Source of the DNA: Chlorokybus atmophyticus
Taxonomy: Eukaryota; Plantae; Mesostigma and Chlorokybus algae
Reading direction: 5' to 3'
Assembly: GCA_009103225.1 (NCBI GenBank)
Contig: RHPI01001616.1
Span: 671,096 to 735,095 of the forward strand
Length of the DNA stretch: 64,000 nucleotides
Shown: piece after piece, positions 24,361 to 39,581 of the stretch
Position numbering within the stretch: position 1 is the stretch's first letter
Layout: every line of letters starts with the position of its first letter
Notes under the pieces: generated by a model
What the model was told of the DNA's origin: nothing
Database searches by the model: none
The model's input: only the letters and a program-made list of their open reading frames with translations
Translations under genes and position numbers: made by a program

Positions 24361-27300
24361 CTTGGTGAGAGAGAAGCCACATGAACGAGCGTGCTGAACC
24401 CTTCAGTGGCGAGGAGTTTAAACGCTTCCAGTTAGCGGGCCAGATGACGCTTTTTGTGTTTGCTTCACACTAGAACCTTTTCAACTGTTGTGTAGCAATT
24501 GTACTATGCAAGGGTGTCGTTTTAGTGCTGAGATGCGGCCGCAAGACTGTGCGGCTTTTGCAATAATGCTGATTAGTTTAATCAACAAACACAACAGAGA
24601 CGCATGACCACAGCGCCGAGGCCACTAGGCATTGCACATAACTTCACAGATTGCACCGAATATGATATGCAATGTGGTGTTTACCATCCTGAACCACACA
24701 TCCTGCAAGAAAATGCAGCGTTGCGCTGCACATGTTCGCCTATGTGAGATGGCATTTTATGCCGCATGCACTGGCAATGAGCCAAATCCAAGACAATTGC
24801 TTGCCACGGGCGAAGACTTTGTAATCAATAGTTAATGCGTGTGTGTATCATAGATTGTACAAAAGACGCCCCGCACTGTGAGTGAGGGACTAGCTGATTA
24901 GCCTTGTAAGTGAGGAGAAGATATCCCCGATGGACAGAATAGCTTCACAGCGGGATATGGCGGCTGTCCATGGAACCATACTAATGTCTTTGACCTAGCT
25001 TGCAGAGTCCGGTACACAATTAAACACAAAGAGAAGAGCTCAATTGGCCTCCACCCAGCTAAAAAAGCGGAAGTAATCCTCCAGCGCCAGGCTGGTGACG
25101 AGGGGCACCACCCAGAGATGAGGGGCAAGAAAAGGCCCCAAACTTGCCTATCCGTTATTGGTCATTGTAAGTTACAAATCATAACGACGCGAAAGCAAGC
25201 TGCTTACCTAGTGAGTCAATGGTTATAACCCTACGATATCAATGGTAGGGTTGCATGCTATGTACTCGTGAGTAAAATGTATCATGCAGTTGATCTATAA
25301 ATTTCTATAATGTTGTGCTTCATCAATAGAGGTGGTTGGCAGAGAATTCGCCACACATCGGCCACGCAGTGATTTGCACCGGTGTGCCGCAGCTGCGATC
25401 AGCGATGCGATCATTAATGGCAATGCATGCTATTAGCGGCAGTAGTAGGTACGACACTCGGTATGTGCATATGGCGCCTAAAGTGTAAATCGTCCAACTA
25501 TAATCACGTGCACGAGCATAGCCACTTTTGCTCGATGGTGGATGATTTGTCCACTTATTAAAAACGAGAAAATACGAAATAGCAACATCAACCACTAGCA
25601 TTATAACCGAGTCCGTCTATACTGTATTTACGCTTTTATTGCAAAGTTCATATGAGTATTTTGGTATTTTATATAATTATAGCAACCTATATGAGACATG
25701 TGTGCTTCCTCCGATTAGCGACTCGGTGCCGAATTTTGCGATGCCTTTGGTGGTTAAGGCAACATGTTACACCATTCATTTAGCTCATAAATAAGCCATA
25801 TAAGGGGGAAGTGGTCATCGCGGATGGCAAGAGTTGAGCATGCAGTGGCTTGCACTTTTTTTTTAGCATGTGCAACGCCGTGGGCATTAAACGCAGCGCC
25901 ACGGCGCTAAACATGTGCAATGATTTGAATTCGCAAGAAATCATAGAGCGTCTAGCATGCAGAATTAACCAGCGATCACAAGAAGCATGTGAAACAAACG
26001 TGTCTTCGCATGCAGCGTGCCAGCGCCCAATGATGCAATTGTGCACACCACCAGGCAATGCACGCCATTTACACAAGCTGCAACAATGCACCATGCTGTC
26101 AAGTACAATGCATAAGGAATTGAACAGTTGAACGAGGCTTTGATTAGCTGGTCCGGATCGCCAAAAAGACCTCCGCTCGGCTAGCTCCTAGCACTCAGCG
26201 GCACCACACCACAGACCTCACACACGAGGATAGGGAAAGCCCCTTTAACAGCTAAGTCAGGCACCCCATACATACAGCGAGTCAGCACTCGGCCGTGTTC
26301 ACCAGGATTGGAAGTAAATAAGTCCCCAGCACCATGCTGACCAAGCCTTGTGTACTTCCCTTTGTTGCCTTCCCACTTGGTCACACATAACCTAAGAGAC
26401 TCGCGTCTCTTGGCCACGTATGCTGACCTTGATGTTCGCACCTGTTGACCGCACATGTCTCAAGAGTTGCGAGCAATGTGCACATGATCATCAGTATACA
26501 TGTGCCCCTGGCACATGTACACTCATGATCATGTGCACATCTTCGGACTCTCGGATTATTCTCAAATTGCGTGATAGATACAATAATCAGCTATGTGCAG
26601 CTACTTATTAGTGCAATGTATAGTTCATCTTGTCAAGGGCTCATGAGCACAATGGCTGACTGTATGCGCAAACCATTTAAGTTTTGTACGCATCTCAAAG
26701 GTTGAACTCCCGTACAACCATGCTATTACTATAGCAGCTCAGAGTGACCATGCCCTGCATGTCAAGCATGACAGAGTATATTGTGCAAATTGGCCAACAA
26801 TAATGATGTCTATGTAATTTGCATGCGAACGAAGCTTACACGCAATTGAGCAACTTATAATAATGGCAAAAGCTTTGCATTGTAGTGAGTGCGAGCATCA
26901 TCTCTAGCGAAACGCAAGCGTTAAGAACATTGCGCGACGCATCAAAGGGCGGCTTGATTGCCGTATTACGCGTCGTGCTTTAAGTGATGGCACAAGCATT
27001 TGCAACGCATTGCATGCCGCAGCATGCATATGTGTACATGAAACAGTTGAACATTTGTAATTATGAACCTGCATATATGATGCACTTACATATTGGATTG
27101 TATTTGTTATACATATGTAACTCGTATGTAGCTTGCAGTGTGTGCTGCATAAGACACATTTTAAACATATAGGCACTGGACATTTTTGATGCGCTCATTT
27201 TAAATAAGAGCCGGTTGCAAGTGGAGGGGAGGGGGGGAGGGGATGTATCATGTTGCTTATCATGATACCTGAAATTAAGGTTTTAAGGAATTCATGCGCA

Positions 27301-28038
27301 TATATTAATGAAATGCTTTGACATGTTGCAAGTATCACATCCATACAAATACAAATCATAACAAATTATACATGCCGATAAGCATGTATTATTATTGATG
27401 ACACATGCATGCATTGATTATCAGTTGCAGCATGTATATTGAATTTGATTGAAGATTTGTGTTTAGCAATTTTATTAATCTTATAAATTTAACCGCATCA
27501 ATTTACCGTCAAGATGCACCATGAGCTGCAACGTAATAGGTTATGCCAATTGCGTTAACTGTGCAAGACATTTACAGCGTATTGCACCCTTATGACAGAA
27601 GTTTCGCAACAGGTTGGCAGCAAGTATTGTTTAAATATCACAATGTTAAATACAATATTCATGTTTACAAGCTGTCTTTTGCAACCGCGTAACACCCCGA
27701 TAGTGATGCAATTTTACACTATGACAAGCCACCAATTACATCATGATAGCACCATGCTGCATGCGAGTATGCATTTTTCATCTTAACATGCGAGCATGCG
27801 TTATGAGCCGTGAATGCGATAGCAATGCGTGACAAAGTGCACATGTCCAAGCTCATATACGCTCCTCCGTCCGCAAAGAGTCATGACAGCTATATGAGCT
27901 CATCATCACTATCATCACTAGCAGCATTACTGTCCACAATGACATCGCTCTAACCATTCACAGCGTGATTACTACCAAAGTCCGCGAGCCTCAACAACAT
28001 CATAATCACTCGCTGCCTTAAACTCATCACTCTCCCAA

Positions 28039-28175
28039 TGTTATACCACGGTATGGGACATGGTTAAATAGCATGTGGCTCCACCTATGGCAGCGACTTT
28101 TGCGGTTATAGCCTAGTGGTTAAGGCGTCAATGTTACAGTGGTAAAGGAGCTGAGCTGCACAGGTTCGCATCCCA
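28039..28175 (+). mobile_element. Short LTR-like unit plus degenerate PBS with Pol III A/B boxes (TRIM-like 5' end)
   Basis: TG at 28039; A-box TAGCCTAGTGG 28109-28119; end TGTTACA 28138; PBS-like TGGTAAAGGAGC 28140-28151; B-box-like GGTTCGCATCC 28163-28173. No partner 3' LTR found downstream. Confidence 0.5.
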
Positions 28176-28599
28176 CCATAGGACAATCACTGCTAGTTGC
28201 CATAATATTCAATCCAAGGCAAATAATAGCAAATTAATGACTGAAAGCACCGCACACCAGGATATGATACCGCTCGTCCGACGTCTGCTGCTTGCAAGCC
28301 AGGTCAAGTTTATGATTGTGAATGTGCCAGGAGCAGCTTCCTCATTCAGACCCAATCTGTCCCTTTGTTGCACGATGTTTGGCCTATCAACTTTCCGACA
28401 CCGTCTGTTTGAGACACAGCCAGTGGTAGCTACCCCACCAGCACGCTGCTCGCACGCAGGCAAGGCAGTTGGACTGCTATCGCCGCACCTGTCCGCTAGC
28501 GCGAAGAAGACAATCGTGACATCAAACGCGCCACAGCAGATGCACCCGGTCTATGGCCTTCCAAGCACCAGGGGCGGCATTGCTGCGTGGCAAACAGTG

Positions 28600-29362
28600 C
28601 TATTTATTAAGTTCTACAATCCTCACTGGTTTGCTTAGCTGTTGCCTCTGGCTGCGCACTGGCTTCACGCATGCTGCCTGCTAACAATAAATGACCTGAC
28701 AGGGGTGCGGACGGGTTAAGGATCAGGTGTTTGACATTGCCAACAACGCAGTACTTGTTGGCGTCGCCACCATTAAGTGTCCATATGCCAGCCAGAATAA
28801 TCAATGCGACGTACAATGTCTGTGTTACCCACTGGATGCCAGTGAGAAGTGAGGATGGCAACCTTGGCATTCGCCTACCTGTGAAAAACAGGAATCTGCG
28901 CAGTGACATCTTAGCAAGCAGCTGCCATAATGGGCGTTCTCTGAAGGTACATTGCACGCTGTGGCTATGCACATGCTCCTGCTGTTACTATATGGTGGAG
29001 TGCATAAGGAATTCTTGTGTTGAACAATTAAACATGCAAGACAAGGAGATGGAGTAGCCCATGATGTTCTTGGCCGGCGGAGGCATCTGTCCATGTAAGG
29101 CATCAGGCAACGACAATCGCATTGTGGTGCCGGGTTGCATCAAAGACATACTGTCTACGACCGCAGCTCGGCACAGCACAGACACAGCCACAAAGGTTAA
29201 GAGCGGCTGTTGTCAGCGCACGGCATGGCTTATTGGCACGCGTTTGCGCGCACACTTACAACAGCACACATACCATCTCTTACATCACATCACACACTGT
29301 CTCCAACTAGACATTGCTCTCCGATCGACACGGACAGTCACACGCACACATTCACACCATGC
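28600..29362. repeat. 763-bp direct repeat, copy 2
   Basis: See 21241..22003; adjoins the 3' end of the Plavaka gene. Confidence 0.93.
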
Positions 29363-32300
29363 CGCTACCACCCCACACCACCACGCACAGAAAAAGGGGT
29401 GCCTGAGCCCACCACGTCACGTTCACACCGTCCTCATCACCTTCCAACTCAAGTGTAGAGAACCAAGGCCGCCCATGGAACATCCCAGCTGCGCGCGCCA
29501 TGCTGACTCCTGATGCCATGTACACCGCTGCGCCTCCGTTCACCACGCGAACAGCACGCCACCCATCGGCCAGCTCCAGTTGTTCCCTCCTCAACCAGCT
29601 GTCCAGGGTGGCAGGCAGCTGGTCGGCGAATGGAGTCTTCAAGGCGACTTGGCGGCTACGCGCAGATCCGCTCCAGTACGGGCTGGACTCCCTCCTTGTC
29701 AGCACATCCATCCGTAGCAACTTGTCCGTCTTCTCCATGACATTACAGCACTGCTGCCGCGCCTGCGCTATAACCGAGCGCATCTCGGGATCTACGACCA
29801 TGCCATCCTCTCTCACATATTCTGCACAGCTCCATGCCTTCAGGATACGTGCCTGGTAGTCCCAGTTGTTGCCACCACGCGCCCACCGTTTGATATTTTA
29901 AGCGTGCGTCTGCTCCATGCGGTTGGCGCTGAACCGATTTGGGTGTCCACTGCTGACAAATGCCGGCCCACAATGAGTGAGCTGATGCATCTTCTCGATC
30001 TTCCAACTTGACTTCTGTGCAGAATATGACGACAGTAGCGGATGCAACACTGCAGCTTTAAAGGCAGCCAGCTCGTTGTCGGTTGTGGTCAGGGTCTCTC
30101 TTGTGTGTTCATGCGCCTTGAGCAACTTCTTGTTCCACTGGGCAAGCGATGCGGCAGCAATGGTGAATAAATCGTTGCCCTCACTGTCGAGCAGCAAATC
30201 GTCTGCGAGGACCGGCAGCAGCTGCAGCACCGCCACTTTCTCCTCCACCTGAAAGGAGTGGTCGGACAGGAAGAAATCTACTGTGCTGATGGGTGCCTTG
30301 AAGTGCGAAACCCGCAGAGTCGCCTTGCATTCAGCCTGTGCACATTTGCTTGTGAGCACGTGTCGTTGGCTTTTGTGATCAACACAAAATCAACACCAAA
30401 GACGTGCCTGGCCTGCAGAATCTGTCTCGTGGATGGACGCATTCGTTCCTTCGCGGCGTCGCATACAGCAGCAAGCAGGTGATCAATGATGCCTCCCAGC
30501 ACATGCATTGCGTCAGGGGCAAGACGAGAGTAGCAGTCAACTCCCGGCACCCGCGACTGTCGCCAACCCCACAGTGCATTCTGTTGCCAAACCACATTGC
30601 CTGGTTTCACGGAAAGCCATTCATCCTCACAAATGCCGACAATTTGACCATTACCTCCTCGACATGCATGGAGTGCTGCTTTTTGAAAGCCTTGGCTGTC
30701 TGGCGTGCATTCCTAACACCGCTATGCAGGTCCGCCCGCAGCTGACTTATTGCTGGTGTAGAAGGCCTCGGTTCTCAATTCCCGGTCCTCACCCATCTCC
30801 AACAGATCTGATTTGGTGACGAGACAAACATCGCAAGGATGTCGTGTTTGGTTGCCCGACACAGTGCGTGCGAGTGTGGCAGTCTCCTACAACACGACAA
30901 ACTCAGATGTTCTACTGACAACATCCTCGATGCACTGTTGCTGGCTGACTGCATCCGGTTACAACCATTCATGCCCACTACCTGCAAATCGCTGATGTAG
31001 TTGGCAAGCGCGGGAAACACACGACGCTCGATGCCATTCGGGTCGATGAGCTGCAGACCTTCTCAACTCGCCCGCTTCACATCCCCTAACACTACATTCA
31101 AAGCGTCATGAAAAATCTCACGTTTTCGAATGGACAACGATTCCTTGCCCTGCGCCCAGGTGGGATGCCCGGCCACTGCGTGAACCACCGGCAGAAGCGC
31201 TATCTTAACAAACCCCATGATGCTAGCATACATGTCCCAACTGTAGTTAGCAAACGATGCCATCAGAGGGTAGCTAGAGCGCTTGCCCGCGCTGTCCAGC
31301 GTAGTCTTGTCACTGTACAGAATGGCAGGCGCCAAGTAGGACGCTTCCCCCACCTCTCTCCTTAAATCCACCTCCACATCCTTCCACCATTCGCCCGTGG
31401 AAGGATGGCCAAAGCTGTGCTCGTCACCAGTGTACTGGAGATTGAAGCCATTGGCGGCATGTGGATTGCCATACAACCGCGCGAGCCATACCTGCTCCGA
31501 CCAAGAGCATTACTTACTATGCTGGCCTCAGAATAGATACTGCATCGATACTGCATTAGGTACTGCATTTCACAGACCTTGGCCGGCATATATGTGACGC
31601 AGATGTCTTGATCCTCAGGGTCTCCAGGCTTGCGCAGGTCAGCCGTCGTAGTTCTGATACGGCAGCACACTCGCATGTGCATATGTGACATGGCTCTGAT
31701 GGTTGAAGTACATACACCACACACCGTGAACACACCTCAGACTGAGAGAAAGCAATCGTGGTCCGGAGGTAGCTGGCCACATGCACACCTGTCTCCCACT
31801 GGAGCTCTTCCATCAGGAAGTGTGCATTTCGGATGCAGTTGATGATCCGCCCCATGTCGGAGGCCGATAGGCTTTGGCCGTTGTTGCACTGCACGAATGC
31901 CACTGCAAGAGCATGCTCCGAGCCATACCACCTGGATTCCGACGCGTGCGAAGGGACGCCTCCACTTCCATGTTGACGTGCCACAGGTTTCTCAGGCACA
32001 CGCACACATTGAAAGCCCTCGTTCACTTCCTCCTCCTCCTGTTGCTGCTGTGCGTGTGTCTCCTGGAAGGATCCTTTAGCATCAAGCATGTGAGCATCCT
32101 GGATCAAACTCCTCGGTTCAACATGACCCGCATCGTACTGTAATGGACGCTGGCCGACATATAGCTTGATCTGCTTGCACACCCTGCTGCTAATAATGTG
32201 CATGTAGACCGAGCTGCGTGTGGTGAAGCGCATGTGGCAATACGTACAAAGGACTCCCATATCTCACTACTAACGTCGACACAGGTGTCGCCAATGTAAC

Positions 32301-32768
32301 CTGCATCATATCCAACAACACGCACACCCGCCGCCGCCGCCGCCGCCGCCNNNNNNNNNNNNNNNNNNNNNNNNNNNNNNNNNNNNNNNNNNNNNNNNNN
32401 NNNNNNNNNNNNNNNNNNNNNNNNNNNNNNNNNNNNNNNNNNNNNNNCGACGCGTGCGAAGGGACGCCTCCACTTCCATGTTGGCGTGCCACAGGTTTCT
32501 CAGGCACACGCACACATCGAAAGCCCTCGTTCACTTCCTCCTCCTCCTGTTGCTGCTGTGCGTGTGTCTCCTGAAGGAATCCTTCAGCATCAAGCATGTG
32601 AGCATCCTGGATCGAACTCCCCGGTTCAACATGACCCGCATCGTACTGTAATGGACGCTGGCCGACATACAGCTTGATCTGCTTGCACACCCTGCTGCTA
32701 ATAATGTGCATGTAGACCGAGCTGCGTGTGGCGAAGCGCATGTGGCAATACGGACACAGGACTCCCAT
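29352..32768 (-). mobile_element. Plavaka-family transposase gene, multi-exon, N-terminal C2H2-like finger
   Basis: CPYCHMRF..VYMHI; TGEWWKD..APAILYSDKTTL..YPL..N; FHDALNVVL..KRA; PALANYISD; PDAMHVLGG; WKIEKMHQLTH..G..FS..EQTH; FHGRPWFS. These match my recollection of Plavaka (CACTA-related) transposases. Confidence 0.82.
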
Positions 32769-32925
32769 ATCTCACTACTAACGTCGACACAGGTGTCGCC
32801 AATGTAACCTGCATCATACCCAGCAACACGCACACCCGCCGCCGCCGCCGCCACCGCCACCGCCACCGCTACCGCTACCGCTGCATGCCAGAGGCGGGAA
32901 ACTTGGCCGCCAGTCACTGGCTCCG

Positions 32926-33126
32926 TCGTACCATTATAATGGTACGATCGAGCCATTGCACGTCCAGGGTGAGTCTCTAGATCTGGATATTTTTATATAC
33001 ATATATATTCTGATTGAACCGTTTCAATGGTACGAAGATGCCTTTGCCAAAAGGTATAGGCATTGTACAAAGGTACCATTGAAATGGTACCTTTGTACAA
33101 TGGCAATGGCAGTTCGTACCATTGAC
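32926..33126. repeat. Palindrome/foldback cluster built on AATGGTAC
   Basis: 22-bp perfect palindrome TCGTACCATTATAATGGTACGA (32926-32947); 20-bp arms 33061-33080 / 33083-33102; outer arms TCAATGGTACGAA / TTCGTACCATTGA. Confidence 0.85.
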
Positions 33127-33226
33127 AACTCTGGCAATGTTAGTCCCCCTGCGCATGAAAACACCATTGATAGCTCCGCCAAGCCATGCCCTTTCAGGGG
33201 CGTGATGCCGAGGGTAAATGGCGTTT

Positions 33227-34140
33227 GGAGGATCGTTGGCGGCGCTGCCAGGGGCGTAGTGGGCATTGTGGTCGAGGTCCGTGATGAATTCCATGTTTGC
33301 ACAGGGCGGGCAGGGTGCCGGAGGGGTGTCCTCAGTGTCAAACCCCACCAAGACTACCAAGGGCACATCCAATGACGACAGTGACTCGGGCGATATCTTA
33401 CAGGGCTCCCCCTCCGAGTGGGCAAAGGCACACCACAATACTTCCTCTAAGAAAATCCGACCCACCAGCAGCTGCGACCACGGCGACATGATTGAAGAGA
33501 CCAAACAAGACTGGCATAACCAAGGTGGGTTACGATGCACTATGAATGCCACATGCTAGGGTTCTTTTATCTTGCACATGCACAGCCTCAAGTATCTTGC
33601 ACTTGACATACACTGTCATTACCACATGCACACCCTCATGCACAACCTCCAGTGTCATGCACATGAACAGCATGACCAATCTCGCAAATGCACAGCATGT
33701 TTCTACTTGCGGGAGCTCACAAGTCGCAAAAGAGAAGCTACGGAGTACCACGAACGGGTAATCCATGACCTAGTTTAATGTTTCCAGCGGTAATTAAGCA
33801 GTATGCTTGCAGATTGCTATGTTGGTCAGAGTGAACCGAAAGCAGCGCGGCAGGCTGATTGTCTGCCTAGCGGAATGCAACAAAGCGGAAGACGAGGTAA
33901 GCGTGTGTATGCTGATGGGCTAGTCCTCTGGCAGCACGCCACTCTTATAGCATTACCAAATGCAGGTGGTCACTCTCAAAGCGACCATCAATTGCATGCG
34001 CGTGCACGGCGAGGCGCTGACATTCAAGCTGAAGGACGAAGTAGCCGCTGTACTGTCAGCGAGCAAAGTAGCGGATGAAGATGACTCCGGCGTTGAAGCA
34101 GAAGACTCGTCGGAGCAGGAACAGGAGGAGGGGGTTTGAG
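33227..34140 (+). CDS. Putative small multi-exon gene divergent from the Plavaka transposase
   Basis: Exon-like blocks bounded by GT/AG (..TKQDWHNQ|gt; LRELTSRKREATEYHER|gt; ..KAEDE|gtaagc; VVTLKATIN..EDDSGVEAEDSSEQEQEEGV*). Exact structure is uncertain. Confidence 0.35.
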
Positions 34141-35759
34141 GAGGAGTTCTGAGGCAGGCACCACGGGTTGACAAGCTGCGCATGAGTCCGACAGCTAGAC
34201 TCAATGTTATAGGGTAGTTTCATGCGCAAGTCGGCTGCTCAATGGCAAGTGGACGTACTCTCACCACTGCCGGTACATTGTATATATTGTGGGCTTATAT
34301 GTGCAAGACCAAACAATCAGTCCAAGGTTTGTACAAGCTGCATGGCATGTTAGTGTTGGCTTACGGCAAGAATTGCCAACTTTTGTCAAACGGCAAGTGT
34401 CACATATTAACAGCAGTGTAACGGCAAAAAAACTGCCGGCTATTGCTGTTAGCTGTCCGTAACTACCGGCTAACGGCCGTCTGTGCACATCGACCATAGG
34501 GTAACTGGTTAACAACTCTCGGCCGGTTAGTGCCACTGATAACCACTTTCGGGCCGCGGCCGTCTGCGTCAGTCCACTTAAGCCAACGGCAAACCACACA
34601 GTCCAAAAGTAACATTTCAGGCAGCGACAGGCAAGCTCAGGCAGGCTCATGCACCAGTCAGTCCCTCAGTCCTTAGTCAGTCACCGTGTAAGATTTGCGA
34701 CGTACACCGGCCCAGCTGTGCCAGGTCGCCCGCTGGCCCTAAATCTATAGAAGGAGCCATGGCTATTTCCTACGGGACTTGGACATAAGCACTGGCTACC
34801 GTGTGGCCGGTACATGAGTTTATTGGCTATAGAAGTAGCTTTTACTCGGGGAATATCGGCAATTGGACTGCCACATTTCTACACGAGTTTTATAATGGCC
34901 ACATTGGCTGTCTACAGCCACTAATGCAAGCACTGCCCCACCCTGGGGGGTATTAGGGTAGGGGAGTTCTATGAAAAACAAAGCCCCCCTGGATATTCCA
35001 GGGGAGAGGTTGTAATCGAGGGGGGGTTGTATTTGACGAGATACGGTATTCTGTTCTCATAGACGTGGTTAAAATTACTGAACACATGTCGCTCTGTCAT
35101 TATCTGGCGGACACGTCAGCGGTCCGGGTCTTGGCTAGCACTGTCCGCAATGATGATAATCACTGACAAGCGTCAGTGACAACCCACGGCCCGGGCCCCA
35201 TGCACAGGGGGGTGGAGGCATGCTGCTGTCTGGGCAGGGCAATGCCTTGAGGGCATGCTGCTGTCGCGCTGAGCGCTCCGGCCTGGAAGCCAATCATTGC
35301 ACGCAACCACGGCAGGTCCAGACCCAGTGCACTTGCCTTGTACGATGTTGTACCTTCTAGCAGTCTTCTTGCGCTGCGCTGTGCCCGTTTAGATCGGCGC
35401 AATGCACTATACACACTGCGATGTCGTTTGAAAAGGTACATATACATGTACGTACCGTTCCTGAAGCGAAGCGGGCCTAGATAAGGCTCCTACCGTATCA
35501 ATGCAGCAAGCGGAACATGTACTGTAGCTCGTGATGGCTTGGCGGAGCAGCAGGCTGGAGACTTGTCCTTATCCTATCAGGAAGGGGTTCACATGCATGC
35601 GCGCGGAAAGCGAACTGTCCAAAATGGCAAATTTGCAACATGCTTTCCAAGAAGGAGCGCGTGCGTGGCGTCCGCGGCCGCGGCCCGTGAGAGTTGAGCT
35701 ACATGCTTATCTGACGTCAGCAGTCAGCGTCCCCCTCTGATGAGCCGCCTCCCCTTAGA

Positions 35760-35764
35760 TATAA
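35760..35764 (+). promoter_or_regulatory. Putative TATA box of S53-like gene 1
   Basis: GATATAAGGC lies ~105 nt upstream of the ATG and is conserved in copy 2 (53343-53347). Confidence 0.4.
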
Positions 35765-35866
35765 GGCAGAGAGCAGGAGAGAGAAGAGAGTGTGTCCTGT
35801 GTGTGTGTACGTACTCTCAGCAGTCACAGCAGAGGACCTGCTTGTCTTCTTATTCCAGGGGCGAGT

Positions 35867-39581
<3,715 letters not shown>

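Noticed and set aside
28084-28183. Functional tRNA gene
   Set aside because: The D-arm is good, but the anticodon and T stems do not pair and 18 nt separate the would-be acceptor strand. It is better explained as an LTR-end/PBS junction with Pol III boxes.
21241-29362. The 763-bp repeats as LTRs of one retroelement or a DIRS/Ngaro element
   Set aside because: No TG..CA ends, PBS, PPT, TSD, RT or tyrosine recombinase between them.
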